Below the pieces are notes generated by a model. The model made no database searches. It saw only the letters and a list, made by a program, of their open reading frames with translations, and was not told where the DNA came from. 64,000 bases of DNA from Takakia lepidozioides (Eukaryota; Plantae; Bryophyta), in the NCBI GenBank assembly GCA_030704615.1, contig CM060733.1, positions 73,346,001 through 73,410,000 of the forward strand. The letters run 5' to 3'. Within the stretch, counting starts at the first letter, position 1, and every line of letters starts with the position of its first letter. Shown piece by piece: positions 24,792-37,720 of this stretch. The position numbers and the translations under genes were made by a program.

Positions 24792-27214
24792 ACAAGGAGT
24801 ACATCCACAGATTTGTCTCTAATATAGACCAGCACAGGTTCTAGAAACAGGATTGTGGATCTTTCATGGCACACTCACACTCTAAAAATTCCATAGATTT
24901 TTAGCAGAGTCCCAAAAACAGAACCAGGTCTAGATAGGTAGATTTCCCCTTTCTGCAGCTATCCCTCAAAAACTGAGTCAAACGGAGCTCATTTGACAAA
25001 GATATTACCAACCAGGCTCTTTAAACATTTAAATTAGATCAAAAAGGCTTTTTTTTTTTAACACCAAAACGCTTTTGCCATTACAACCTGTTCCCAGGTT
25101 ATCTACGAGTTCCCGAGGTCGTTCCCCTCCAGGATTCTCCAGGCACCAAGAGCTCGTTAATTCCAAAACTCGACCTCAGTTATGGATGGGGTATCACACC
25201 CTAGGGCGATTTCAAGAGCAGGTCAAGAGATGCACTGCGCAGCACCTTCATGGCTTATGGACAGGCGGCCTGCAATCGAAAGATTCGTGGATGGTTGCTG
25301 GACTTGCACAATACATCTACCACATCGGAGGTGAAACCGAGGAACTGACTCCCACATATGACATTGCCAGTGTGAGAGGAAAAACAAGTTGTCCCATTGG
25401 TGGATCCCTTCGATATCACAGAGCTTTCAGGTGCACTTGGCTTGACGGCGAGAGTATTTGGCAAAACATCTCTTCCCTGTTTCTGTAAAACCCTGCACCT
25501 GCTTGCCATTACTTCTGCCAATTTTTCTAGTCTCTAATTCTAGTTTAGAATCCTGCTTTGCACCCATATCCTGATCGTCCTCAATCTCTTTGGCAATATG
25601 GTGTGTACTGCCATCTTTGATTCCAACATCTGCATTTAGTTCTTTGCTTCTCCCTTTTGTATCCCCTGATCCTACATTGTTCCGGTTAGTGTAAGTAGAA
25701 ATTGGGGAGCTGTTTTAAGCGCCTGACAATGGGGGAGCAATGGACCAGGGAACACAGGAGTAGCTGCGTGGCCTCGTACACCTGAAGGAATCGACCGAGA
25801 TCTTCTCAGCTGCTTGGCACCAGCCCTGGAAAATATGGGTGGGGAATCACTCACAGGACTCAAAGGATCGTTATGGCCCACAGCTGGCCTAACCACTGCA
25901 ATCACAGGCTCTTCGGCTACGGCATTGCTTTTCGGCGTTCTCTCCACATGTTGCATTCCATTTAGAGTGTCATTGTAGTGGTAGCCAACTGGCACTCCTA
26001 TAATCACGCCTACGTTGAGCCAGGCTCGCCATGCATGACTCTTAGCCCCATCTCAGCAGTTGGTGACTAGCATCAACATCTTTCAGTTGACTCTCTCTCT
26101 ACGTACGAGGCTTTGATTTAGCAGCCACAACTTATCAGCGTCGTTTCCCGAAATGATAGGGTCTCGCCGAGAGATCACATAACGACTCCTCGGCGCATGG
26201 CAATGCCTTAGTTGACTTCAACCTGCCCTCCAGGCCAAGATTGTCCAGAACAAACACACCCCCGAATCACTGCCTGCCGCTGCACACTCAGATGTACCCA
26301 AGATTTTATTGCTCTCTTCAGCAACCCAACCGGATCAGACTAGTCAGCCAGACTCAGGCTGCACAACTCAAATTTCTCCAGACCATCCCTGCACACTCGA
26401 TGATTTCCAAGACTCCGGAAAGAGCCTCCTCCTGCAAGAACCCCAGCCTCTCTCTGGCTTTCGGAGCGCATGCGTACAAATCATTGCGACTTCCTCAGTC
26501 TCTCGCCATCCAAAATCACAACTTTTCTTCGCGTTTGAGCTCTCAAAATTCTGCAGCGAACTTGTCTGCTACAGAACTGGCCATATCTGTTTGGTAAGCC
26601 CGCAGCACCCACAACCTGCAATTGTCAACCACGGAAGAGTTCAACCAAGCACGCAGCGCTCATCGCTGCACAGTCAGCGGAGCTCGTTCCGCTCCCATCT
26701 CCTCCCCCACCACCCAGAAACCAAAGATGATCGAAACCTGCATGTTTCTTTTTTTGTTTATTAAGCTTCTTAAACTAAGCACTACTTACACACAGGTAAT
26801 CATACAAGTGCTAACCCTCAACTCCTACCTTGCACTCACAGGTAAGAGATCATCTCTCTCGAGTGATAAGAAAACTCAAAACACACTGTTCACACAAAAT
26901 ATGAAATCCATCAACATCACTCTTTAATATAATAGTCGAGCCAGGGGCACCCCAAGCTATGGGGACTCCACCCCACAACAACCTATACCCCTACATAAGC
27001 ACACTCAGATTCTAAAGCATGAAGGAGCTCGGTCGCGCAGGCTCAACTCGAGAGAGATGAGCCGCGCGACTGCCGCTCTCGTGAAGATAAGACGGACCAG
27101 GTGTCAAACTAAACTTGACACCTGATTTAACACTTGACCTAAATCCAAGTGTTAAATACAAATAACTAGTTTTATGCTAGCTGTTTTCACACTGTGCTTG
27201 TTTAACTTGACAGG

Positions 27215-29631
27215 TTGTTTCAGCACCTTGAGGGGCCGCCTATGGATTACTACCATGAGTTTAGGCGGGGAAATGAGGTGGAGATTGAGGAGTGGCGACA
27301 ATATTGGTCACCTGACTATATCTCCATCATTAGAGGCACAAGGGCAGCGGCGGCACCAGCAGCTACACCAACATCCCCAACTGCAAGCACTAGTAGTGGG
27401 ACAAGTAAAGATGGAGCTGGGAAATCCACTCAAGCTCCTGCTGCAGCACCAACATCCGTGCCTGCCTTTAACCCAGTTGTGGAGTTCTTCGAGGAGTTGA
27501 GGAGAAACTACCAGGGGATAAGGACGGAGAAGTTGCAGAGCTTGCAAGAGTTCCAGCGGAGGCCTACTGAGTGTTTGAGGGAGGCTTACACGTGCATGAG
27601 GCAATCGATAAATGTGACCCAAGGGGTTACGGAAGCTCAAGCAGTCCAATTATGGTATGGGATATTGGACAAGGATCTGAGGATAAGGGTGCGGGATGCA
27701 ACTCTCCTACAAGTGGTCCAACCCACCTTAGCAAACGTGTTTTTGCTGGCAGAGCGGATAGAGCTCAATATGGTGGAGGAGCGAGTGGTCATGGTGGGGT
27801 TTGGTAAGGAGACACAACAAAGTGGGACTCCTAGCCAACAACAACCACTACCCCAACGTGCTCAAGGCAACAAGGTGGCTCAGGTGAAGCCTAGGGAAGG
27901 ACAGAGAGGATCTCAATTGCACAGGTCACTTCCTTCATTCTTAGGCCAACAACAGTCGGGTGTGACATGTTGGGATTGTGGAGGACCCCATGTTAAGAGA
28001 GATTGCCCAGAGAGAGGCAAAGGGCTGGCACAGGCACAGCCTACACAACTACAGTGTGGGCATTGTGGCAAGTATGGGCATGAAGATGCCCATTGTTATG
28101 ACTTGCATCCTGAGCTACGGCCAGGCCAGTTCCAAGGGAACAATGGTGGCCGAGGACGAGGCAATCTAGTCCAAAGAGGTAGAGGAGGCAGAGGTAGCGG
28201 TGGAGGTCGTAACCAAAACCAAGGAGCACATGGTCAAGGTCAAGGTCATGACCAAGGCATGGTGGATAGGCTTTCCTAGCTAGAGCAACGTCTTGCTGCC
28301 ATGGCCACTACTAATGTGGCGCCAGCTCCAAGGCCTGAGGTTCAAGCCCCACCTGCACAACCTCATATGCCTAGGGAAGACCAGATTAGTATGGGCTTCA
28401 TGTGTGGAGCCGCACTTGTTGGACCATTGCATGTGGACTCTACAGCTGCTGTCACTCGAGCAACAACTCGTGCTCCTGAGCCAAGAGGAGCGGATGTGGA
28501 TTTTGATCCACAAAGGGGGGAAGCAAGTCGACAGACAAGGCTTCCACAGTCTTTCACATTGGCTGAGACAGTGCCAACTATGCCATCGATGGCACCCACT
28601 CGCCCAAGTGTGTCAGAGGTAGAGCCATGAGTGCCATTGGGGAGAGTTAGTGTGGCTCGGGAAATGCCAGTGGGTGGTGTTGCAAAGCAAGGTGCAGCCA
28701 GTACATTGTTGGGGGCAGCTACGGCGGTTTGCCAAGCTCCATTGTTTTCTGCAATGACAATTGCAATGCCGGGGATTCGGCCAGCTGCTATGTTCATACT
28801 AGCAGCTAGACTCTGTGAGAGTGATAATGCATCGGCACTATCTGCGGGGATACCGGATAATGTGCAGTGCATGGATGCCCTGGACTCAAGGGTGAAAACA
28901 GCCACAGTTGCACCATGGCAAGCGGCAGCTGCAAGGTTGCAGGAGTTGCCAGCTAGACCAGCCATTGAGCGTAGTATGGTGACTCCTAGGGTAGTCCCGG
29001 TGGACAATCAGGATGGTGTGTTTCAGTTGGGTGGCCTAGCCGGGAGGAGATATAGGCCACTACGGGTCTTGTTGGAGCACAACCATTGAGAGCAACAATT
29101 GTAGGCTTGGGCCTTACAGAGGCGGATTTGGAGCCTTGCCCTTTCCAAATTCAAACATCTTTGGGTGGTTCAGAAAAGGCACGAGGGATTACATGCCATG
29201 AGCTCTTCATTCGATTGCAGCCAGATCATCCTACGGATGGCTCAGCCATGAGAGCTAAAGCCATTGTTACGGACGCGATGTCCTATGATGTGCTTGTTGG
29301 TGGGGTTGTGTTATACCCCATGGGCTTTACTTTGGACTTTTGGGAAGAAACGGCATGCTATAGGCCGGAATGGCAGTCAGGAGATGGCCGACGTGCACTG
29401 CTCCCAGTGCGGTTTATTGGGAATGTAGCGGTGGATCATAGGAACATGATGCCCACATTGGCTGCATTCTTAGGGGTGGTGGCTTGGGGTGGTGAGCTCT
29501 TGGAGGGCAATAGCCATGCAGATGATAGGCCATCACCTGATGAGGACAAACAATTGGCATACAAGGCTGATTTGCTTCCTCATGTGCCTGTGCATATTCC
29601 ATTGTGGGGTACGGTTAGGAATTTGCATTGA
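27215..29631 (+). pseudogene. gag-protease of element A (5' truncated, stops, protease DSG motif deleted)
   Basis: Zn knuckles CWDCGGPHVKRDC and CGHCGKYGHEDAHC; YDVLVG. RVLL[DSG]AQP has lost bases at ~29075 relative to B. Confidence 0.85.
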
Positions 29632-29768
29632 GCAGCAAGCGAGTGTGTGCACCAAGCATGGCAGGAGGCCTTTCCATTGGTGAGTGAGGGGAGTTCAGTG
29701 GCATCACCTGGACCTCCTAAGTTAGCTTCTTTGGACACGGTGCCCATACCTGGCAACCACCTGACTCA

Positions 29769-30665
29769 GGGATTTGTTTACTAGACCTGTTTGGGGGCAT
29801 AAGCACTAGGCTTGCAGGAGTATTGCAAGCAGGGATTAAAGTACACAAGTACTTGTATGTGGAGAAGGATGAGATAACTTGACATATTTCTATGCGCCAC
29901 ATCGCCTTGCTCACATACCGGTATCCTGAGTTGTTGTCTTTCTCAGCAATTCAAGGGTATCAAAAGGCCTTGCCAGCAGACATTACCTTCTTGGGGGCGG
30001 ATGATTTGGACCGGCATGGTGCCATTGATTTGGTGATAGCCGGATGGCCTTGCCAAGGACACTCTCCCGCAAGTCATGAGAATGGCTTGCACAATGCACG
30101 ATCACATTTGTTTTGGGAGATGTTGCGAGTGTTGCGGGACTTGTAGACGAGGCAAGTGCAACCTCTAGGCTATATCTTGGAGAATGTTCCTCATATGGGC
30201 GATTCACGGGCCAGGGTTATGACCAGTGTGCATTAGGTGCGGTCTTGGATTGGATCGGCGGTGCTATTGGATGCAGCAGCGGTGGGATCTCGCGCGCATC
30301 GACCTCGATTGTGGTGGACCAATCTTGCACCACCGGAGCTGCTCAAGAGAGCATACGATTCCATCCAACCGCCACCCAATCTCACGGTTGAGGGCATTTT
30401 GGACCAAGGGAGACAACCACAAAGGGTGCGACATGATGACCGTCCACCTCTGGCGGTGGTCAATTGAGTGGGGCAGCCACGTTCGACTTTGCCTACGCTC
30501 ATGAGCTTTCCCTCGTCTCATGCTTTTTGAGACAATGGTCCTGGATTGATTTGGGACAGTGTGCTACAGCAATTGGTGGAGCCCAATGCGGATGAGCGAG
30601 AGAGGGCAATGGGTTTTACCACGGGCACTACAGATGTGCCAGCTCTGTCAGAGGTATCACGCCGC
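29769..30665 (+). pseudogene. C5 cytosine DNA methyltransferase domain (DNMT3/DRM-like), motifs I-IX, inside the retrotransposon polyprotein
   Basis: One frame with premature stops: motif I LLDLFGGI (~29778), YVEKD, motif IV IDLVIAGWPCQG (PC at 30048-30053), LFWEMLRVL, motif VI YILENV (30180), motif VIII AHRPRLWWTNL (~30295), motif IX ERERAMGF (~30595). Confidence 0.92.
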
Positions 30666-31656
30666 TGTTAGAGGGCTGCTTGGGACTTAGACGCTTTTAC
30701 GGGTTCTGTGGGATACCCTTAATTTTTGCGCAGACTGAGACCAATAGGAGCCTTAGGGGTGGCAGGAGCAGGCTTTAGGAGGGTTAGACAGCTCGTCACA
30801 GTCTATCACAGCTTCGCACAGCCAGTCACAGCCCGACACAGCTTTACACAGCCCGTCACAGTCTATCATAGCCAGACACAGCCCGACACAGCTTTACACA
30901 GCCCGTCACAGTCTATCACAGCCAGACACAGTCTGACACAGCCCAACATAGCTTTGCACAGCCAGTCACAGCCCGACACAGCTTTACATAGCCAGTCACA
31001 GCTCGGCACAGCTTGACACAGCCAGTCACAGTACATGGGGAACAGTTATCATTGACAGGGAATGACTGTGTGGGAACGACATCTGCAGAGGGAACGTGTT
31101 ACTTCAGGGGTGACGGTTAGTTAGTTAGGTGGTTAGAACATCTTGCGGGTAGATTAGGCAGAGCGGCAACAGGAAGGGTATCACTTCTTGAGGAGGGCGA
31201 CTTGTTCAGGAGAGGAAGAGACGTAACGGAGAGCGGAAACAGTGAAGAGGAGATGATAACTTGATTGAGGCTTAATTCATGCAAGCTGTAAAATTATACA
31301 GTATGGTAGATTAGAGACACCATGGCATATGCATGATACATGATTAATCTTAATCCGATACTGAATCGATACAAACATACTGTGTAGAGAGACACGAGAG
31401 AAGCTGTGGAATGAATGCATGATTAATTGGAATTTAAAAGATACTGAAGCAATCTCATGCTTCAGTATACACGGTAAGGAAAATTGATAACATGAAGGCA
31501 AGAAGGAAACAAATAGGAAGCACAACCATGATTCACTAGCTGCAGGTCATGACTGATTGTTCTGAGCGGGCTGAGTGCTTAGAGATATCCAACTCTTCTA
31601 TCTTGGAGTTTCCACCTCGGATAGCGAAGGGATGGGTGAGTAAGAGCCGCTCGACA
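30666..31656 (+). repeat. 5' LTR of element E
   Basis: TGTTAGAGGG...CCGCTCGACA; highly similar to 54807-55809; internal ~14-bp CACAGC-type tandem repeat at ~30790-31030. Confidence 0.96.
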
Positions 31657-31658
31657 TT

Positions 31659-31676
31659 TGGCGACCGTACTCGGAG
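31659..31676 (+). other. Putative primer-binding site of E
   Basis: TGGCGACCGTACTCGGAG begins after a 2-nt spacer (TT) following the LTR end; priming tRNA not identified. Confidence 0.6.
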
Positions 31677-32297
31677 ACTGGGTCATGAACAACCAGATGT
31701 GACAGGCATCTGGTGGGATCATGGTGGTTTGAGAATTAAAGAATTTGATGTGAATCAAATTCCCTGTGGAACTGAGAAGGAAAGATTGTCCAAACAATTC
31801 TTTCAGAGGTTCTTGGAATTGCCAGACGGTTGTAAAGAAAACATTCTTAAGAGAGTGCATGATGTTGACCCTGAGTGGGGTCTGGAGAAATGAGTGATAA
31901 AGATTTATCAGGTGGCCTGTAGAGGAAGAGCACATTGGTTACCAACACTGGTTTATGTGATAGCATTGCTATCCATTTAAGCGAGTAGAGTTTGAAGGCT
32001 GGGAGGAAAGGAAGGTGAATGTTTATACTCATATGCATGAGGAGCTTGTACTGGTAAAGAATTGGATTCCAAAGGATATTTTGTGGATCAAACTCACACC
32101 AAGAACAGTTTTTCAGACTTGTTTGCCATATGGTTATATGGTAACGGAGACTTCTAGTATAGCCAAGGGTGCATTGAAGCTTGAAAGAAACCCAAGCATA
32201 TACGAGAGATACTACAGAAGAGAGTTTTGGTTATTGCCACATTAAAGAAATGAAAGACATGGGACATGAGTGATGAAAGAGAAGTTAGACTCCAACC

Positions 32298-35200
32298 ATG
32301 GGTCACATGTGTATTGTGAACAATGAGAATGGCGATGATGCCAAGATGAGACTGTTTCCTTGTTCACTTATAAAGAAAGCAAGTGAATGGTATGCAAGAT
32401 TCCCTGATAATCATTTCCTAACCTGGAATGGCTTGAATACAACATTCCGAAACAGGTTCAGGACAAGTAAAACTGAGGATGAAGTGTATGGTACAACAGT
32501 TAAAGCAAAAGAAGCATGAAACTGTTGAAGAGTATATGGAAAAGATGGAATTGATGATGAAGAAGCTGGCTGCTGTACCAGCACCAGGTTTACAGAAGAC
32601 TTGGTTTGTAAGTGGACTAAGACCAGAGTTGCAAATGAAAGTGGATATGTTACCCCATAATACAGTGGAGGAGGCATTTGAAACAGCGAACAGAATTGAA
32701 CAATTGGGAATGCTCAGGAGAGAGAAAAGGGATGATGAGGACTCTGAGGATGAGTCAGATGAGGAAGAAGAGCAAGAACTTAAGAGGAAGAGTAAGAGGA
32801 AGGAAAAGTTGAAGAGGGATAACTATGAGAAAAGATTAGAAGAAATCTTGAAGAAGTATGCCACAGAGGCTGTAACACATTGGAGGAAGGGTGTTTGGTG
32901 TGCAAAATGCCAGAATGAAGGCCATACCACCACTGAATGCCACATGAAGGAGAAACACTGTACTATCTGTAAAATGGATAACCATTCTACTGAGAATTGT
33001 TACTACAACAGAAGGACAGCAGCAAGAGAACCTAGGCAAGTAAGGGTGCATCAAGTGCAGCCCCAGCCAAGAAGAAACAGTGATAAGGACCACTATGGTA
33101 GGCTTGGTGGATATAACAATGGCATGGAAGGGAGAGGTAATCCAAGAGGGAATTACCAAGAAAATTCCAAAGGCAACTATCAGGGTAATCCAAGGAGGAA
33201 TTACCAGCCAGGGAATCAGGATTACAGAAACAATCCCAGAACAAACCAAGGGCGAGGACCTAATGGGGAAGAACTGTGTTACTATTTTAATCAGGCAGGA
33301 CATCGCAAGGCAGCCTGTCCATTCTGGATCAGACACCAGAATGAGATGAGAGCTCCTGTGAATGAGGGGCCAGTGGTGGCAGCTCACATGGTTAGGCCAT
33401 GTGTTGTACCAGAAGTAAGTACAATGATAGTAACCAGAAGCAAAGCCAAAATAATACCTCCAGTAGATGAGGAAGGTGATGATAGTGAAGATGGCAATGA
33501 TGTGCCTGAAGATGATGAGGCTTGGAGAGATGAGAAGGAACTGCACAAGGAAGTGGTGGATACCATAAGGGAAATGCAGAAGAGTACTGATATTCCTATG
33601 GCAGATTCCTCTGATTCTGAAAGAGAAGAGGAAATGAGTGAGGATGAAGGGAAGAAAGAAGCTGCAAAAATGCAGAGTAATGAAGGGACTTTGGCTGAAG
33701 TAATATGCCAGTCCAAAGCGGAGATTACCATTGGACAGCTATTGGCTGTGGCACCTTATTGTAGACACAGGCTGTATCAAGCAATCAATCGGATTGCCCA
33801 TGTGACAGGGAACACAGACCTGAACAGCAAGGTGACCAGTTATAATGTGAAGCCGGAAGGGCGAGAAACAGTCATGGACTTTGATGATTCTATGCCAGTA
33901 ATCCAATTGAGAATTGAAAGCACAGAACTAACTGATGTATTGATAGATGGAGGCTCTGGAGTGAATATCATGACAAACCAATTAAGGCAGAAGCTTGGTC
34001 TAAGTAACATGAAACCAGCCCCATTTACAGTAACAATGGCAGATCAAAGAAGTGTTCAGCCATTGGGATTGATAAGAGGAGTTAAGATACAGATTCAAAA
34101 GATGATCTTTAATATCACAGTAACTGTGTTGAAAATGGATGAAGTCATGGAAGCTTACTCCTTATTGCTGGGTCGACCGTGGCTGAAACAGGCCAGGGTA
34201 TTCCATGACTGAAATTCCTAGTTACTAACTGGCATGATGGGATGCACAAGATACAAATCACCACTAAGAAATCTAGTAGAATACCTGCTACAAGAAGACC
34301 TCAAGGGGTCAAGGAGTATGACTGGAGGGGAGGACTTGATGAGGAGCAGGAAGCTACCCTGTTCACTGCACACCCAGAGTGGGAGCAGGTTGCAGAGATG
34401 CAACTGGAAGGCCTAAGTTGTTTAAAAGGTATCTGTTGTGGTGTAGTGACACCAACACCAATTGAGGGTGAAACAAGCAGTTACCCACCATATTTCTATG
34501 AAGAAAGAGAGGGAGAAATGGAAATCCTAGAGGAACCAGCCACTGTGAGTTTACAGGATGAAGTGGTGACTGGTTGGACAATCACAGCTGATGAGCAGGT
34601 GAGAGAAGTGAATGTGGGAACTGAAGGGGAACCGAGGATGGTGAAGGTAGGGGCTGATTTGGAGACAGAATTCTTTGAGGAAGCTAAGAGTCTGTTCATC
34701 AAATACAAAGATGTATTTGCTTGGAGCTACGAGGATCTGAAAGGGATACCACATGAGATCTGTCAGCATAAGATTTTGAACTGGAAGCAGGGTCACTACC
34801 AATCAAACAGGCAAGGTACAGAATGAATCCCAACTATGCACAGAAGGTTGGAGAAGAGATCAAGAAGTTGGCTGAGGCTAAGTTTATATACCCGATAGAG
34901 TATACAACTTGGTTGTCACCCATTGTGATAGTTCCCAAGAAGAATGGTAAACTAAGAGTTTGTGTGAACTATAAGAAGTTGAATGCTTGTACGAAGAAAG
35001 ATCATTTCCCTTTGCCATTCACAGAAGCGGTATTGGACACTGTGGCAGGCCATGAGATGTACTCATTCATGGATGGCTTCAGTGGTTATAATCAAGTGCA
35101 AGTGGCAGAAGAAGACCAGGGAAAGACAGCTTTCATCACAGACTGGGGTGCTTATGCATACAAAGTCATGCCTTTTAGACTTTGTAATGCACCAGCAACC

Positions 35201-37580
35201 TTTCAGAGAGTGATAAGTGAATCTTTTCATGAGTATCTGGATGATTTCATGCAGGTGTTCTTGGATGTTTTCAGTGTGTACAGCTCTAAGAATGAGCACT
35301 TGCATAAATTGGAGTTATGTTTGGCCAGATGCAGGATGAGAGGTCTGGGCCTGAATCCAAAGAAGTGTACTTTCTGTGTGAACTCAGGGGTGCTTTTGGG
35401 ACACATCGTGTGTAAGAGGGGACTTCTTGTGAATCCCAGAAAGACAGAGGCCATTAAAGCCTCTCCACCACCAGTAAATGTTAAGAGTCTAAGGAGATTG
35501 CTTGGACAAACCAGTTATTACAGAAGATTTGTCAGACGGTATGCACAGATAGCAGCACCATTGAGCAAGCTTCTGAAGAAAGATGCAGTGTTTGCATGGA
35601 CAGCTGAATGTCAACAGGCTTTTGAGGAACTTACATTGTCAGTAACAACTACACCTGTGCTGATTAACCCTCACTGGCATGTAGTATTTCATGTTCACTA
35701 TGATGCCTCAGGAGAAGCGTTGGGAGCAGTGTTAGCCCAAAATGTTACAGGAAATATAGATTCACCTGTGTACTATGCTAGCAGGTTGATGAACAGTGTT
35801 GAAAGGAACTATAGCACAACTGAAAGAGAAGCACTGGCAATGATTTATGCAGTCAAGAAATTCAGGCATTACCTATTGGGAAGGAAGTTTAAGTTTTATG
35901 TGGATCACCAGGCTCTGATATATTTGGTGAACAAACCTTTGATAAGTGGAAAGATAGCAAGGTGGTTAATAATCTTGCACGAGTTTGAATTCGAAGTTGT
36001 TTACAAGCCTGGCCGTTTGCATCTTGTGGCAGATCACTTGTCACGCCTATCAACATGAGAGCCCGCCACAGGAGTAGACGACCAATTACCTGATGCGAGT
36101 TTATTTGCAGTGGAGGTGCAGGAAAATGCAGATGACTGGTTAGATTGGCAGTGGCCAATCAGATACTACCTTACTCATGGTCAGTGCCCACCTAGTTATG
36201 GAAAGGAGCAGAGGAAGAGAATCGCTATCAAGGCTTTACCTTATACTATGGTAGGGGGCAGAATGTATAAGCTAGGACCTGATGGAGTACTTAAACGATG
36301 CTTGTACCACCATGAAGTAAATAAAGTTTTGGAGGAAGTTCATAAAGGAGTGGCTGGAGGTCATTTTGGAGAAGAGACTACCAGTAGAAAGATACTACTT
36401 GCAGGTTACTGGTGGCCTACTTTGTTCAAGGATGTACACAAGTATTGTAAGAGTTGTGATGAGTGTCAGAGGCTAGGACCATTGCAGAGATCTGGGAAGA
36501 TGGCTTTGCTTCCTACGATGCCTACTGAACCATTTCACAAATGGGGACTAGACTTTGTTGGACCAATTAACCCACCAGCCAAGAATACACAGAACAAGTA
36601 TATAATCACAGCCACTAATTATACTACAAAGTGGGTGGAAGCTAAAGCTCTAAGGGACAACACAGCTAAGTCCACAGCAAGGTTCCTGTATGAGAACATA
36701 CTTACACGATTTGGCTGTCCCCTGGAATTTATCAGTGACCAGGGAAGTCACTTCATTAATGACCATAGAACTATTGACTAAAGAGTTCATGATTGTGCCT
36801 AGGAAGAGTACAACTTATTACCCACAGGGTAATGGGCAGGCAGAGGCTACCAACAAAATACTATGTACTATCTTGGCTAAGATAGTCAATGCAAACAGAA
36901 CAGATTGGGATACAAAGCTGCTGACAGCTTTGTGGTCATACAGGACTTCATATAAAGTCACCACTAAGTATACACCATTCCAATTGGTTTATGGTATGGA
37001 AGCTTTACTTCCGGTGGAATTCTTGTTACCTACCATGAGAACTGAATGGGGAAGGAGAATGGAATTGGAATATTCAATTAAGGTCAGGAAACATGAATTA
37101 TACCATGTGGAAGAAGTACGTGTTGATGCAGCTGATAACATGACCAGAATTCAGATGAAGAGGAAGGATCAGTTTGATGAAGGTAAATTAAAGACTTTTA
37201 AGATGGGAGATTTGGTACTGTGGTTGCAGAAGAAGGGGAAGATTAAAGCTTCTAAGCTTAAATCACCATGGAAAGGACCTTATGTCATACAGAAGATGTA
37301 TGATAATAACACCGCCATGTTACAAACCATTAACAAAGAAATGCTGGGAGGAGTCAATGCCAATAAGTTGAAGGGATACAGTGGTATCCATGACAAACCA
37401 TTGCAGCACGATTTGCATGTTGAAACACAAAAACAGTCACGGGCTGCGCCGGTGATACCAATGGAGTATGGAGCACTTGTCGCTAAGCCGAGCGTGTATG
37501 ATCAGGGCGGGAAGTACAGGTGTTCGCATAGCTATCACAGCCCATCACAGTGTGACACAGCCTATCACAGCCCACCATAG
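32298..37580 (+). pseudogene. gag-pol of element E (gag, protease, RT, RNase H, integrase), disrupted
   Basis: Zn knuckles CAKCQNEGHTTTEC and CTICKMDNHSTENC; protease VLIDGGSGVN; RT FMDGFSGYNQ with a mutated active site VFLDVF; RNase H DASG..YSTTERE; integrase GGHFG..CDECQ, WGLDFVGP, SDQG, GQAE. Stops at 34210 and 36056, plus frameshifts. Confidence 0.95.
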
Positions 37581-37720
37581 TGCCACACAGCCTATCGCAG
37601 CCCATCACAGTGTGACACAGCCTATCACAGCCCACCACAGTGTCACACAGCCTATCACAGCTCGTCACAGTTTGACACAGCCTGTCACAGCCCAACACAG
37701 CCCACGCAGGTTACACAGTC
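37530..37720 (+). repeat. ~14-bp-unit tandem repeat downstream of pol, related to the LTR-internal repeat of E
   Basis: cacagcctatcacagcccatcacagtgtgacacag..., compared with LTR cacagtctatcacagc...cacagcccgacacag. Confidence 0.85.

Larger units (their letters stand above)
20830..27212 (-). mobile_element. 5' part of Ty3/gypsy element B (relative of A), interrupted by M1 and apparently inserted in the gag of A
   Basis: gag and protease are homologous to A (FQHLEGPPMD.YHEFRRG; GELLEGN.HA). The minus strand begins TGTCAAGTT at 27212, exactly where A's gag is truncated. The inner LTR boundary and PBS were not identified. Confidence 0.7.

Noticed and set aside
29769-30665. Host DRM/DNMT3 gene
   Set aside because: Intronless, lacks N-terminal regulatory domains, and lies collinear between retroviral-type protease and RT.
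30726-31016. ORFs within E's LTRs (also 54867-55271) and at 37468-37725
   Set aside because: Translations of the short tandem repeat.
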